Source: Deltaproteobacteria bacterium
Lineage (GTDB): Bacteria; Myxococcota_A; UBA9160; SMWR01
NCBI GenBank assembly: GCA_032128115.1
Contig: JAQBHB010000047.1
Location: 32,001-96,000, forward strand
Direction: 5' to 3'
Length of the DNA stretch: 64,000 nt
The notes beneath the pieces were generated by a model. The model made no database searches and had not been told where the DNA came from. It saw only the letters and a program-made list of their open reading frames with translations. The position numbers and the translations under genes are program-made. Positions 7,444-17,836 of the stretch are shown here, in pieces. Position 1 is the stretch's first letter. Every line of letters starts with the position of its first letter.

Positions 7444-10400
7444 TTACGAAGTCGAACTGCCGTGCCGGAAGGCCGTCAGCAGCTCCTCCCGACGTTTCTG
7501 TACCGGCCCCAGCTGTTCTTCCTTCACCAGGTGGTAGCCGCGGATGTGCTCCGGGAGCCGCGCGATTTCCACCGCCAGCCCGTGGTTCGCGGGGGTGAGC
7601 CCTGCGAGCAACTCCGCGATCGTCGCCTCGTACTCCCGGATCAGGCCGCGCTCCAGACGTCGGTGCGCAGACCAGCCCGGAATGTCGAAGGGAGTGCCCC
7701 GCAGGAACTTGAGTTTCGCCAGCAGGCGAAGCGCCACGAACATCCACGACCCGAGCTTCCACTTTGCGACCCGGCCCTGGTCGTCGCGCGGAGCGAGCCA
7801 CGCCGGGAGGAACTGGGGCGAGAGGTTGAGAGCCAGTTTGTAGTCGCCCTCGAACTCGCGCTCGAGCTGGCGGCGGAACGCGCCGTCGGTATACAAGCGC
7901 GCCACCTCGTACTCGTCCTTGTAGGCCATCAGCTTGAAGAAGTAGTGGGCTACGGCCTGGGCCAGGCCGCTGTGGTCGGCGCCGAGTACGCGCTCGGCTT
8001 CGGCCACGCGTTGGACGCACTCCTCGTATTGGTGCGCATAGCCTTCGTCCTGGTATTCGGTGAGGAACTCGGCGCGTTTCGCTACCCGCTCCGCCAGCGT
8101 CTCGGGCTCGCTGCGTTTCGAGCGCAGAACCGGGCCCGCTGCCTTCTCCACCGCGGATGCATCGTGAGCGGCCAGTCGTCCCCACGCCAGGGCCCGCTTG
8201 TTCAACTCGACGGCCCGGCCGTTGAGTTCGAGGGCGCGCTCGATGGCGCGCAATGAAACGGGCAGGCGACCCAGCTGGGCCGCGTAGCCCACCAGGAACA
8301 GGTTGGTTCCGATGGCGTCGCCGAGCAGCGCAGTCGCGATCGGCGTGGCGTCCAGGAAGTGCGCGCCCGAATCGCCGGCCATCGCCCGGATCGCATCCTC
8401 CATGGTTCGACTGGAGAGGTCCATGTCCGGGTGGGTGGCGAAGTCCGATGTCGGAGACACGAATCGGTTGAAGATGGCGGTGGTCCGGCCCTTCGACATC
8501 TTCGAGAGGCTGTCCGCCTGGGAGCCCACGATGATGTCGCACCCAAGAACGAGATCGGCAGCACCCGCGGCAATGCGCGTGGCGTGCAGGTCTTCCGGGT
8601 TGCGGGCGATGCGCACGTGGCTGGTGACGGGGCCATTCTTCTGGGCGAGACCGGTTACATCGAGCACCGAGCAACCCTTTCCCTCCAGGTGGGCCGCCAT
8701 GCCAAGCAGCGCGCCCACGGTGATCACTCCCGAGCCGCCGATGCCCGTCACCAGCACGTCGAAGGGCTGTGCGGAGTCGGCGGTGGCGGGAAGCGGCAGA
8801 TTCTCGAAGGGGCCGGCGCCGCCCGGGTCGGCGGCGTCGCCGCCCTGCTTGCGCAGGCGGCCGCCCGTCACCGTCACGAAGCTCGGGCAGTAGCCCTTGA
8901 GGCACGAATAGTCCTTGTTGCAGGACGACTGGTTGATGCGGCGCTTGCGCCCGAACTCGGTTTCCACCGGCTCGATGGAGATGCAATTCGACTGCACGCT
9001 GCAGTCGCCGCAGCCCTCGCACACCATCTCGTTGATCACGATGCGGCGGTCCGGCTCGGGAAACTCGCCGCGCTTGCGCAGGCGCCGCGCTTCGGCGGCG
9101 CAGATCTGGTCGTAGACCAGCGCCGACACGCCCTCCACCTGGCGAAGCTCGCGCTGCACCCGATCCAGGTGGTCGCGGTGGTGGATCGTGACCCGATCCG
9201 GGAAGCCCGGGTCGGAGGGGTAGCGGTCCGGATCGTCGCTCACCACGGCGATGCGCTCGACGCCCTCGGCGTCGAGCTGGCGCACGATCTCCGGCACGGT
9301 GATCTCGCCCTCGATCGGCTCGCCCTCGATGGGCTGGCCTCCGGTCATGGCGACGGCGCCGTTGACCAGGATCTTGTAGGTGATGGACACCTTGGCGGCG
9401 ACGGCGGCCCGGATCGCCAACAGCCCCGAGTGGAAGTAGGTGCCGTCGCCCAGGTTCTGGAAGATGTGGGGCAGATCGGTGAACCGCGCGGCGCCGATCC
9501 AGTTGGCGCCCTCGCCGCCCATCTGGGTCACGGCCAGCGTGCGCCGCTCGGGCAGCCAGACCGCCATGCCGTGACAGCCGATACCGCCCAATGCGACGGA
9601 TTCTTCTGGCACCGCGGTCGATGTGTTGTGCGGGCAACCGGAGCAGAAGGCGGGCAGCCGCATGAGACCGGTGCTGGCGGCCACCGGGGGCTCCACAGGT
9701 GGCCGCAGCGTTGCCGCCTGCTCGGGCATGCGGCGCTGGATCCAGGCGCGAAGAATCCCGGCCAGCACGCCCGGGGTGAGTTCGCCTTCCGACGGCACGA
9801 GCGGCGCCCCGTTCTCGTCGCGTTTGCCAAGCAGACGCGGTCGCGGCTCCTGGTTGTAGAGCACTCGCGCCAGCTGCTCCTCGATCACGCCGCGCTTCTC
9901 TTCCACGACAAGCACGTCTTCGAGCCCCCGGGCGAAGCGCACGGCGCCTTCGGGCTCCAGGGGCCAGGTCAGGGCCACCTTGTAGATCGAAAGTCCCAGA
10001 TCGCGCGCGCGCGCCTCATCGAGGCCCAGTTCGTCCAGCGCCTGACGCACGTCCCGATAGGCCTTGCCGGTGGTGACGATGCCGAGGCGAGGGCGGTCGC
10101 CGGCAAGCACGACGCGGTCGAGGCCGTTGGCCCGAACGAAGGCCTGGACCGCGGGGAGCCGCTGCTGATAGAGGCGATGTTCGACGGCCAGCGGCAGGTT
10201 GGTCCACCCGATGTGCAGGCCGGCTTCGGGCATCTCGAAGTCGTCGGGCGTGACGATCTGCACGCGATCGGCGCCCACGTTCACGGAGCCCGCCGAGTCG
10301 ACCGTATCGGTCAGGCACTTGAAGCCCACCCAGCAGCCCGAGTAGCGAGACAGTGCAAAGCCGTAGAGTCCGAGATCCAGGTAGTCCTGGATGTCCGAGG

Positions 10401-10935
10401 GATTCAAGATGGGAATCCCGCAGTGGATCAGGGCCTGCTCGCTCTGATGGGCAATCGACGACGATTTCGCGCCCGGGTCGTCTCCGGTGAGCGCCAGCAC
10501 GCCGCCGCGGGCCGCCGTGCCCGCGTAGTTGCCGTGCTTGAGGGCGTCGCACGAGCGATCGACCCCCGGGCCCTTGCCGTACCAGATGCCGAACACGCCG
10601 TCGTAGCGGGCGCCCTCCAGCAGGTTGGCCTGCTGCGAGCCCCACACCGCCGTGGCCGCCAGGTCCTCGTTCACGCCGGGCTCGAAGTGCACGTGGTGCT
10701 CCTCGAGCAGGGCCTTCGCCTGCCACAGGGCCATGTCGTAGCCGCCAAGCGGCGAGCCCCGGTAGCCGGAGATGAAGCCCGCCGTGTCGAGGCCTGCCGC
10801 CCGATCGCGGTGGCGCTGCATCAAGGGCAGGCGCACCAGGGCCTGGACGCCGCTCAGATACACGCGGCCCGACTCGCGTGTATAGCGATGCTCGAGCTGG
10901 TAGCTCTCGTCGAAGCCCGTCGCAGCCTGGCTCAC
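7444..10935 (-). CDS. Indolepyruvate:ferredoxin oxidoreductase family protein (fused alpha/beta)
   Basis: SGYRGSPLG, FCSGCPHN, TPP motif GDGTYFHSG, CEGCGDC ferredoxin motif, KLMAYKDEYEVARLY. Confidence 0.95.
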   Translation of the reverse strand: MSQAATGFDESYQLEHRYTRESGRVYLSGVQALVRLPLMQRHRDRAAGLDTAGFISGYRGSPLGGYDMALWQAKALLEEHHVHFEPGVNEDLAATAVWGSQQANLLEGARYDGVFGIWYGKGPGVDRSCDALKHGNYAGTAARGGVLALTGDDPGAKSSSIAHQSEQALIHCGIPILNPSDIQDYLDLGLYGFALSRYSGCWVGFKCLTDTVDSAGSVNVGADRVQIVTPDDFEMPEAGLHIGWTNLPLAVEHRLYQQRLPAVQAFVRANGLDRVVLAGDRPRLGIVTTGKAYRDVRQALDELGLDEARARDLGLSIYKVALTWPLEPEGAVRFARGLEDVLVVEEKRGVIEEQLARVLYNQEPRPRLLGKRDENGAPLVPSEGELTPGVLAGILRAWIQRRMPEQAATLRPPVEPPVAASTGLMRLPAFCSGCPHNTSTAVPEESVALGGIGCHGMAVWLPERRTLAVTQMGGEGANWIGAARFTDLPHIFQNLGDGTYFHSGLLAIRAAVAAKVSITYKILVNGAVAMTGGQPIEGEPIEGEITVPEIVRQLDAEGVERIAVVSDDPDRYPSDPGFPDRVTIHHRDHLDRVQRELRQVEGVSALVYDQICAAEARRLRKRGEFPEPDRRIVINEMVCEGCGDCSVQSNCISIEPVETEFGRKRRINQSSCNKDYSCLKGYCPSFVTVTGGRLRKQGGDAADPGGAGPFENLPLPATADSAQPFDVLVTGIGGSGVITVGALLGMAAHLEGKGCSVLDVTGLAQKNGPVTSHVRIARNPEDLHATRIAAGAADLVLGCDIIVGSQADSLSKMSKGRTTAIFNRFVSPTSDFATHPDMDLSSRTMEDAIRAMAGDSGAHFLDATPIATALLGDAIGTNLFLVGYAAQLGRLPVSLRAIERALELNGRAVELNKRALAWGRLAAHDASAVEKAAGPVLRSKRSEPETLAERVAKRAEFLTEYQDEGYAHQYEECVQRVAEAERVLGADHSGLAQAVAHYFFKLMAYKDEYEVARLYTDGAFRRQLEREFEGDYKLALNLSPQFLPAWLAPRDDQGRVAKWKLGSWMFVALRLLAKLKFLRGTPFDIPGWSAHRRLERGLIREYEATIAELLAGLTPANHGLAVEIARLPEHIRGYHLVKEEQLGPVQKRREELLTAFRHGSSTS

Positions 10936-11048
10936 GTGTACCCCCGAAACGCGCCGCGGCGTGGACGATAGCGGCCCGCTGGGGCTTTTTCAGTTGCGGG
11001 GCGCGGGGAGTGGCGGTCGCCGCGATCCGTGAGCCAGTAGCGCTGGAC

Positions 11049-11756
11049 CTAGCGCTTTCGGCGCACTCCCAACTGGAGGAGCACCACCTTCGCCCGCTCC
11101 GCCCAGAACTCGCACGCCTTCTCCACATCGCCCCACTTCTCGAACAGGGTGCCGAGGCTCCTGGTGCCCGCGCGTTGGTCCACCGCGGCTGCGAGACGTT
11201 GGTTCGTGATGGAGTCGAGGACCTCGACCTCGACCGTGGCCGAGCCCACCGTCATGGCCGTGTCAGCCGTCCACCCCACCGCCATGCTCGCCAGCCGCAG
11301 CTGGGGGACAATCGCGGTGATGGTATTGAGGGGAACGTTCGCGCCCTTGGCCTGGGTGAGGGCGGCCCGGAAGCGCAGCACGTCGGGGCCCGGCCGGTCG
11401 ACGATCTTGAAGGCCATGCCGAGCTGTTTGTCGAGCGCCTTGTACAGGATGTCGGTCAGCAGCTGCCGCTGCTCGGCGCTGAGCTTCTGGGGGGCGTCGC
11501 GGTTCACCCAGAGGGTGACCGAGTCGATGTGGATGGAGTCGTAGCGCGACCACTGGGCATCCGGGTTGATGTAGACCAGCTGCGCCTGGTAGCCCTCTTT
11601 CGGCCCGAGCTGCGAGTAATCGCGCAGGAAGCCCGACTCCTTGGGTTTGCCGCGGCGCTCGCGGATTGCGGCGCAGCCGGCCGCGTTGATCAGGATCATT
11701 CCCAGGACGACCATGCCCAGGGCCCGTAGCATCGAGTGTCGAGATGCGGAACTCAT
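11049..11756 (-). CDS. DUF3313-like lipoprotein
   Basis: Lipobox AAGC; SGFLRDYSQL, RFRAALT, EVLDSITNQRLAAAVD motifs. Confidence 0.75.
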   Translation of the reverse strand: MSSASRHSMLRALGMVVLGMILINAAGCAAIRERRGKPKESGFLRDYSQLGPKEGYQAQLVYINPDAQWSRYDSIHIDSVTLWVNRDAPQKLSAEQRQLLTDILYKALDKQLGMAFKIVDRPGPDVLRFRAALTQAKGANVPLNTITAIVPQLRLASMAVGWTADTAMTVGSATVEVEVLDSITNQRLAAAVDQRAGTRSLGTLFEKWGDVEKACEFWAERAKVVLLQLGVRRKR

Positions 11757-11873
11757 GGGATCACCTCCAGAAGATCGGGAGTCCGGTGCTTATCAGATGA
11801 GGCTGAATCGGTGCAAGCATACGGGCTCTCGCGTCGCGGCCTGCGGTATGGTCTGCAGCGGAGCCCCTCCCGG

Positions 11874-12707
11874 ATGAAGCTCGGCGTCACGATTCACTCC
11901 ACCGACCGGAGCATGAGTCCGGTGGACCTGGCCCGCGAGGCCGAAACCCGCGGCTTCCATTCCCTTTACATTCCCGAGCACACCCACATCCCCACCAGCC
12001 GGCGGACGCCGCCGCCCACGGGCGAAGCGGAGCTGGCCGAGGAGTACCTGCGCAGCCTGGATCCGTACGTGGCGCTGGCAGCGGCGGCTTCGGTGACTTC
12101 GACCATCCGGCTCGGCACGGGGATCGGGCTGGTGGCACAGCACGACGTCCTCACCTTTGCCAAGCAGATCGCCACCCTCGACCTGGTGTCGAACGGCCGT
12201 CTGGTGCTTGGCATCGGCTATGGCTGGAATCTCGAAGAGATGGAGAACCACGGCATCGATACGAAGCGCAGGCGTGCGCTGGTGCGCGAGAAGATGCTGG
12301 CTTGCCAGGCTCTCTGGTCGCAGGAGGTGGCGAGCTACGACGGCGAGTTCGTGCGCTTCGAGCCCAGCTGGCAGTGGCCGAAGCCCGTGCAGCAGCCGCG
12401 CCCGCGGGTGCTGATCGGCGGCGCTCCGGGACCCATCCTGTTCTCCCACATTGCGGAATACGCCGACGGCTGGATTCCCATCGGCGGCTCGGGTCTGGCC
12501 AGGGCGCTGCCCGAGCTGCGCCGCGCCGTGGAAGATCGGGGCCGAGACCCGGAAGCGCTTCACGTGGTGCCCATGGGGGTGTTCCCGGATCGGGCCAAGC
12601 TCGACCACTACGCCTCGCTCGGCGTGACCGAGGTGGTGCTGCGCCTGCCCGCGGCGCCCCGCGACCGCGTGATGCCGGTACTCGACGAGTACGCCCAATT
12701 GCTTTGA
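11874..12707 (+). CDS. LLM-class F420-dependent oxidoreductase
   Basis: IPEHTHIPTSRRTP, DPYVALAAAASVTSTIRLGTG, GIGYGWNLEEMENHG, WPKPVQQP; ATG 11874. Confidence 0.9.
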   Translation: MKLGVTIHSTDRSMSPVDLAREAETRGFHSLYIPEHTHIPTSRRTPPPTGEAELAEEYLRSLDPYVALAAAASVTSTIRLGTGIGLVAQHDVLTFAKQIATLDLVSNGRLVLGIGYGWNLEEMENHGIDTKRRRALVREKMLACQALWSQEVASYDGEFVRFEPSWQWPKPVQQPRPRVLIGGAPGPILFSHIAEYADGWIPIGGSGLARALPELRRAVEDRGRDPEALHVVPMGVFPDRAKLDHYASLGVTEVVLRLPAAPRDRVMPVLDEYAQLL

Positions 12708-12726
12708 GACCCGCGCCCGGGCGCCT

Positions 12727-12762
12727 TTGACGCGTTCTGGCGTTTTCTATACGATGCGTCTC
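12727..12762 (+). promoter_or_regulatory. sigma70-like promoter TTGACG-17-TACGAT with overlapping operator TATACG-ATG-CGTCTC (12748-12762)
   Basis: Read directly; upstream of the SDR-ech-ALDH operon; motif shared with 24896 and 25002. Confidence 0.65.
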
Positions 12763-12788
12763 GAAAGTACCCGAGGGAGAGATCGAGA

Positions 12789-13676
12789 ATGGGAATCCTG
12801 GACGGCAAGGCGGTGGTGGTAACCGGCGCCGGCCGCGGCATCGGCCGCGGACACTGCCTGCATCTTGCGGAGAACGGCGCCTCGGTGATCGTGAACGACA
12901 TCGATGGCGACGAGGCGAAGACGGTTGTCGAAGAGATCGCCGCCGCGGGCGGCAAGGCCAGCGTCAACACCAGCAACATCGGGTCGCGCGAAGGCGCGAA
13001 AGAACTGGTGGAACAGTGCGTGAACGAGTTCGGCGGGATCCACGCCATCGTGAACAACGCGGGCAACGTTCGCGATCGCTCGTTCCTGAAGATGACCGAC
13101 GATGAATTCACCGCCGTATTGCAGGTGCACGTGCACGGCACCTTCATGTGCAGCCAGGAGGCGGCCCTGCGCATGCGCGATCAGGGCACGGGTGGCTGCA
13201 TCGTCAACACCGTCTCGGCGGCCCACTTCGGCAACTTCGGCCAGAGCAACTACGCGGGCTCCAAGGGCGCCATCGCGTCCATGACCTACACCTGGGCGGT
13301 GGAGCTTTCGCGCTACGGAATCCGGGCGAACGCCATCAGCCCGTCGGGCACCACCCGCATGTCGCAGAACGCGAAGGTGGGCGGCAAGGAGATCAAGTTC
13401 CCGTTCATCGATCCGGCGCTCAACGGCCCCTTCGTGGCCTACCTGTGCAGCGACGAGGCCAACTGGATCACCGGTCAGATCTTCGGCACCGGCGGCGACC
13501 GGGTGATCGTGCTCGAGCAGCCCCGGTACGGCACCGGCATGTTCAAGGACGGCGGCTGGTCGGTAGACGACCTCCTGAAGCACTTCAAGACCACCCTGGG
13601 AAGCAAGCTCGAGCCCTTCGGTCTGATGAAGGCGCCCTACGCCTTTTACGACGGAGTGAAGCGCCAGGGCGAGTGA
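12789..13676 (+). CDS. SDR family oxidoreductase (3-hydroxyacyl-CoA dehydrogenase-like)
   Basis: TGAGRGIG, NNAG, YAGSK catalytic motif. Confidence 0.92.
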   Translation: MGILDGKAVVVTGAGRGIGRGHCLHLAENGASVIVNDIDGDEAKTVVEEIAAAGGKASVNTSNIGSREGAKELVEQCVNEFGGIHAIVNNAGNVRDRSFLKMTDDEFTAVLQVHVHGTFMCSQEAALRMRDQGTGGCIVNTVSAAHFGNFGQSNYAGSKGAIASMTYTWAVELSRYGIRANAISPSGTTRMSQNAKVGGKEIKFPFIDPALNGPFVAYLCSDEANWITGQIFGTGGDRVIVLEQPRYGTGMFKDGGWSVDDLLKHFKTTLGSKLEPFGLMKAPYAFYDGVKRQGE

Positions 13677-13702
13677 CGCGGGTGTCGGCGGAGGAGGCGA
13701 AC

Positions 13703-14506
13703 ATGGATTTCGAGACCATCCTGTACGAGAAGCAGGACGGCGTCGTCACCCTCACCCTCAATCGTCCCGAGCGGCACAACGCGATCACGCTGCAGATGGC
13801 GCGAGATCTGAAACAGGCCTGGGATTCGGTGCAGAGGGATCCCGAGGTGGTCTGCGCGATCCTCACCGGCGCAGGCGACAGGGCCCTGTGCACCGGCATC
13901 GACGTGGCCGATGTGGCCGATGGCACCAACACCCGCAAGACCGGCGACGACAGTCGCGAGAACGTGCCCTGGTTCCAGTTGACGGCGGTGCAGAACCGCT
14001 GCTGGAAGCCGGTGATCACCGCCGTGAACGGGATGGTCTGCGGCGGGGGGCTGCACTTCATCGCCGACAGCGATCTCGTCGTGTGCTCCGAAACCGCCAC
14101 GTTCTTTGACACCCACGTGAAGGTGGGGCTGGTGGCGGGGCTCGAGCCCGTGGGTCTCGCGCGTCGCATTCCCCTGGAGGCGGTGCTGCGCATGGCGCTG
14201 CTGGGGGGGGCCGAGCGCATGAGCGCCCAGGAGGCCAAGCGGCTGGGCCTGGTGGGAGACGTGGTGCCCCCGGATCAGGTGATGCCCCGGGCCCGGGAGC
14301 TGGCCAGCCTGATGTGCCAGCATTCACCTACGGCTCTCGCGCTTTCCAAGCGCGCCATCTGGGAGAGCCTCGACCGGGGGCTCGACGACGCGCTCGGTCA
14401 CACCTGGGACATCATCCGCAGTCATACGGCGCATCCCGACCTGAAAGAGGGCGCCGTTGCCTTCGTCGAGAAACGAAAACCCCGCTGGGCCCCGTTTACG
14501 GGCTAG
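13703..14506 (+). CDS. Enoyl-CoA hydratase/isomerase family protein
   Basis: GGAGG before ATG 13703; LTLNRPERHNAI, LCTGID, KPVITAVNG. Confidence 0.92.
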   Translation: MDFETILYEKQDGVVTLTLNRPERHNAITLQMARDLKQAWDSVQRDPEVVCAILTGAGDRALCTGIDVADVADGTNTRKTGDDSRENVPWFQLTAVQNRCWKPVITAVNGMVCGGGLHFIADSDLVVCSETATFFDTHVKVGLVAGLEPVGLARRIPLEAVLRMALLGGAERMSAQEAKRLGLVGDVVPPDQVMPRARELASLMCQHSPTALALSKRAIWESLDRGLDDALGHTWDIIRSHTAHPDLKEGAVAFVEKRKPRWAPFTG

Positions 14507-14523
14507 CGGCCAGGGAGTCAAGC

Positions 14524-16002
14524 ATGGCCACACTTCCCCCCCTCGATCCGGAACACCGCCTGTTGATTGATGGAGAGCTGCGCGAAGCCAGCAACGGGGC
14601 CTCCTTCGATAACATCAATCCGGCCACCGAGGAGGTGCTCGGCACCTGCGCCGACGGCACCAAGGAAGACATGGGCGCGGCGGTGGCGGCTGCGCGCCGC
14701 GCCTTCGACGAGACGGGCTGGTCTCTCGATGCGAGCTTCCGGAAGAAGTGCTTGATGCAGCTGCACGCGGCGCTCACCGAAGACAAGGAACATCTGCGCG
14801 CGCTGGTGGTGGCCGAGGCCGGGTCGCCCATCCTGCTCACCTACTCGGTGCAGGTGAACACCTACATCGACGATGTTCCCTACTGGGCCGACCTGGCGGC
14901 GAGCTACCCGTACGAAGAGCCCATGTCGGACATCCAGTTCATGGGCCAGACCATGCGCCGCCTGATGCGGCGCGAGCCCCGCGGCGTGATCGGTGCCATC
15001 ACGCCCTGGAACTTCCCGCTGTACCTGAACCTGTGCAAGCTGGCGCCGGCCCTGGCAGCCGGCAACACGGTGGTGCTCAAGCCGGCGCCGGACACACCCT
15101 GGTGCGCCACCCAGTTGGGGCGGCTCATCGCCGAGAAGACGGAGATTCCCGCCGGCGTGGTGAACATCGTGGCATCGTCGGATCACATGGTGGGCGAGGT
15201 GCTCACGCGAGATCCGCGGGTCGATATGGTCACCTTCACCGGCTCCACGGCCACCGGGCGTCGCGTGATGGAGGCGGGAGCCGCCACCATCAAGAACGTC
15301 TTCCTGGAGCTGGGAGGCAAGTCGGCTCACATCGTGCTTGACGACATCGACGTGGCGAAGGTGGCGGGCATGATCGCAGCCAGCTGCACCCACGCCGGTC
15401 AGGGCTGCGCCATCCCCACGCGCCTGCTGCTGCCGCGCTCCCAGTACGAAAAGGGCCTCGAGCTGGTGAAGGCCTCCTTCGAGGCGCTGAACTACGGCGA
15501 TCCCACCCAGCCGCAGAACCTGATGGGGCCCGTGGTGAGCAAGAAACAGCACGAGCGCGTTCTCGGATACATCGAGAAGGGCGTGAGCGAAGGAGCGCGC
15601 CTTCTCACCGGAGGCGGTGTGCCGAAGCACCTGCCCCGGGGCTACTTCATCGAGCCCACCCTGTTCGCCGACGTGGATCCCGACGCCACCATCGCCCAGG
15701 AGGAGATCTTCGGTCCGGTGATGGCGGTGATCCCCTACGAGGACGACGACGATGCGGTGCGCATCGCGAACAACTCGATCTACGGTCTTTCGGGGGCGAT
15801 CAGCGGCGGGAGCGAGGAGCGGGCGCTGGCCGTGGCGCGGCGCATCCGCACCGGAACACTCGCCATCAACGGAGGCCAGTGGTTCTCGGTGGACACGCCC
15901 TTCGGTGGCTACCGCCAGAGTGGCGTGGGCCGCGAGAACGGACGCCTCGGCTTCGAGGAGTATCTCGAGACCAAGGTGATGGGGCTTCCCGGAGCGAAGT
16001 GA
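14524..16002 (+). CDS. Aldehyde dehydrogenase
   Basis: ITPWNFP, FTGSTATG, LELGGKS, AGQGC, QEEIFGPV. Confidence 0.95.
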   Translation: MATLPPLDPEHRLLIDGELREASNGASFDNINPATEEVLGTCADGTKEDMGAAVAAARRAFDETGWSLDASFRKKCLMQLHAALTEDKEHLRALVVAEAGSPILLTYSVQVNTYIDDVPYWADLAASYPYEEPMSDIQFMGQTMRRLMRREPRGVIGAITPWNFPLYLNLCKLAPALAAGNTVVLKPAPDTPWCATQLGRLIAEKTEIPAGVVNIVASSDHMVGEVLTRDPRVDMVTFTGSTATGRRVMEAGAATIKNVFLELGGKSAHIVLDDIDVAKVAGMIAASCTHAGQGCAIPTRLLLPRSQYEKGLELVKASFEALNYGDPTQPQNLMGPVVSKKQHERVLGYIEKGVSEGARLLTGGGVPKHLPRGYFIEPTLFADVDPDATIAQEEIFGPVMAVIPYEDDDDAVRIANNSIYGLSGAISGGSEERALAVARRIRTGTLAINGGQWFSVDTPFGGYRQSGVGRENGRLGFEEYLETKVMGLPGAK

Positions 16003-16023
16003 GCCGCCGGGTGCGCGCCGCGG

Positions 16024-16893
16024 CTACGGCTCGAAGGGGCCCTTGCCCAGCTGATCCCGGATCGGTGTGAATTCGGGCATGAGCATGGCGCGGCGCTGCC
16101 AGTTGGCGCCGTCCACCACCAGGGTGTGTCCGCTGATGTAGCGCGCGTAGGGTGAAGCCAGGAAGGTGGCGGCCCAGCCCAGCTCGCGCGGGTGTCCCAC
16201 GCGTCCCGCCGGCGCCCGCGCAGCCTCTCGCTGGCCCCGCTCGGGCACGCCCCGGATTGCCGCCACCTCGTCCTCGTGGGGCATGAGCCCCGGCACCAGG
16301 GAGTTCACGCGGATGCCATAGGGCGCCCACTCGACCGCCAGGCTCTCGGTCATGTTCTTGACGCCCGCCTTGGCGGCCGCCGAGTGGGCGAATCCCGGGC
16401 CGCCGGTCCAGGCGTAGGACGCACCGATGTTGATCACACTGCCCGGGGTTCCCGCCGCCATGTGCCGGCGCGCAAATTCGCGCGAGCAATAGAAGGTGCC
16501 GTTCAGCACGATGTCGACCACGGTGCGCCAGGCATTGGGGCTCATGTCTTCGGCGGGCACCGGGAAGTTTCCAGCGGCGTTGTTCACGAGCACGTCCGGC
16601 GAGCCCAATTGCGTTTCCACGGAATCGAAGGCCGCAGCCACCTGGTCGGGTTGGCGGATGTCGCAGGCCACGCCCACCGCCCGTCCCCCCGCCGCCTCGA
16701 CGGCCGCCGCGCCTGCGGCCCGGTGCTCATCCTTGCGGCTCAGGATGGCCACCTGCGCGCCCAGGCGGGCGAACTCCACGGCCATGGCCTTGCCCAGGCC
16801 GGTTCCGCCGCCGGTGACGATGACCGTCTGGCCCTCGTAGGTTCCCTTGGGGAGTGCAGAGGCGCCCAACTCGGGCGGATCGGGAAGACCCAT
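16024..16893 (-). CDS. SDR oxidoreductase, 2,4-dienoyl-CoA reductase-like
   Basis: TGGGTGLG, NNAAGNF, HSAAAKAG. Confidence 0.88.
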   Translation of the reverse strand: MGLPDPPELGASALPKGTYEGQTVIVTGGGTGLGKAMAVEFARLGAQVAILSRKDEHRAAGAAAVEAAGGRAVGVACDIRQPDQVAAAFDSVETQLGSPDVLVNNAAGNFPVPAEDMSPNAWRTVVDIVLNGTFYCSREFARRHMAAGTPGSVINIGASYAWTGGPGFAHSAAAKAGVKNMTESLAVEWAPYGIRVNSLVPGLMPHEDEVAAIRGVPERGQREAARAPAGRVGHPRELGWAATFLASPYARYISGHTLVVDGANWQRRAMLMPEFTPIRDQLGKGPFEP

Positions 16894-17005
16894 GGCGTCT
16901 CTCCTGAAAGGATTCGTGGATGGCGATCAGACGCAGTTTCACCGAGAGCGGGCCTCGCCGTCAAACCCGCATCCTCGTGATAGGCTGTGGCCCGGAGGTC
17001 CCCGC

Positions 17006-17821
17006 GTGGCCACATCGCGTTCGATCGACACCGGAACCGAGCAGCTGCTGTGCCGGGTCGAAGATCGGGTGGCGTGGGTCACGCTCAACCGGCCCGAGTC
17101 GCGCAATGCCCTGACTCTCGAGCTCAAGGAGGGGCTGCTGCGGCTGCTGCCTGCGCTTGGCGCCGATCCGGACGTGGGGTGTCTGCTGCTCACCGGTGCC
17201 GGAACCGCCTTCTGCGCCGGCGGTGACACCAAGGCCATGGCCGAGGACGGGCGTCTGCCCGAGCCCGAAGAGCGCAAGCGCATGTTGCGCCGCGAGCACG
17301 GCGTACCCCTGGCGCTGCACCGGTTCGAGAAGCCGGTGGTGGCGGCGCTGCCGGGCCCGGCGGCGGGAGCGGGCTTGTCCCTGGCCCTGTCTTGCGACCT
17401 GCGCATCGCGGCCGAGAGTGCCTTCGTCACCACTGCGTACTCCCGATTGGCCCTGAGTGGCGACTACGGGGGCACCTGGTTCCTGACCCGGTTGGTGGGC
17501 ACCGCGAAGGCGCGGGAGCTCTATTTCACATCCGACCGGATCGACGCCGCCGAGTGCGAGCGCCTGGGAATCGTAAATCGGGTGGTTCCCGATGCGGACC
17601 TCGCGAAGGAGGCCTTTGCATTGGCGGCGCGCATCGGCGCGGGGCCTCCCATCGCACTGCGCTACATGAAGGAGAACCTGAACCGCGCGCTGGGCGAGTC
17701 ACTCGAGTCGTGTCTCGACGTGGAGGCCGAGCGCATGGTGCAGGGGGCCCAGACCGAGGACTATCTCGAGGCCGTGAAGGCCTTTTCCGAGAAGCGTGCG
17801 CCGGTCTTCCGGGGCCGCTGA
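17006..17821 (+). CDS. Enoyl-CoA hydratase/isomerase family protein
   Basis: TLNRPESRNAL, AFCAGGD, GPAAGAG, LSGDYGG; GTG start 17006 inferred. Confidence 0.92.
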   Translation: MATSRSIDTGTEQLLCRVEDRVAWVTLNRPESRNALTLELKEGLLRLLPALGADPDVGCLLLTGAGTAFCAGGDTKAMAEDGRLPEPEERKRMLRREHGVPLALHRFEKPVVAALPGPAAGAGLSLALSCDLRIAAESAFVTTAYSRLALSGDYGGTWFLTRLVGTAKARELYFTSDRIDAAECERLGIVNRVVPDADLAKEAFALAARIGAGPPIALRYMKENLNRALGESLESCLDVEAERMVQGAQTEDYLEAVKAFSEKRAPVFRGR

Positions 17822-17836
17822 CGCCAGGAGAACCCC

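Noticed and set aside
8359..10971. 870-aa plus-strand ORF
   Set aside because: Antisense to IOR; expected in high-GC DNA; no motifs
16926..16941. ATCAGACGCAGTTTCA in the divergent SDR/ech intergenic region as a fourth operator copy
   Set aside because: Half-sites are similar but the spacing is 2 nt shorter than in the three accepted sites; not counted without a PWM test
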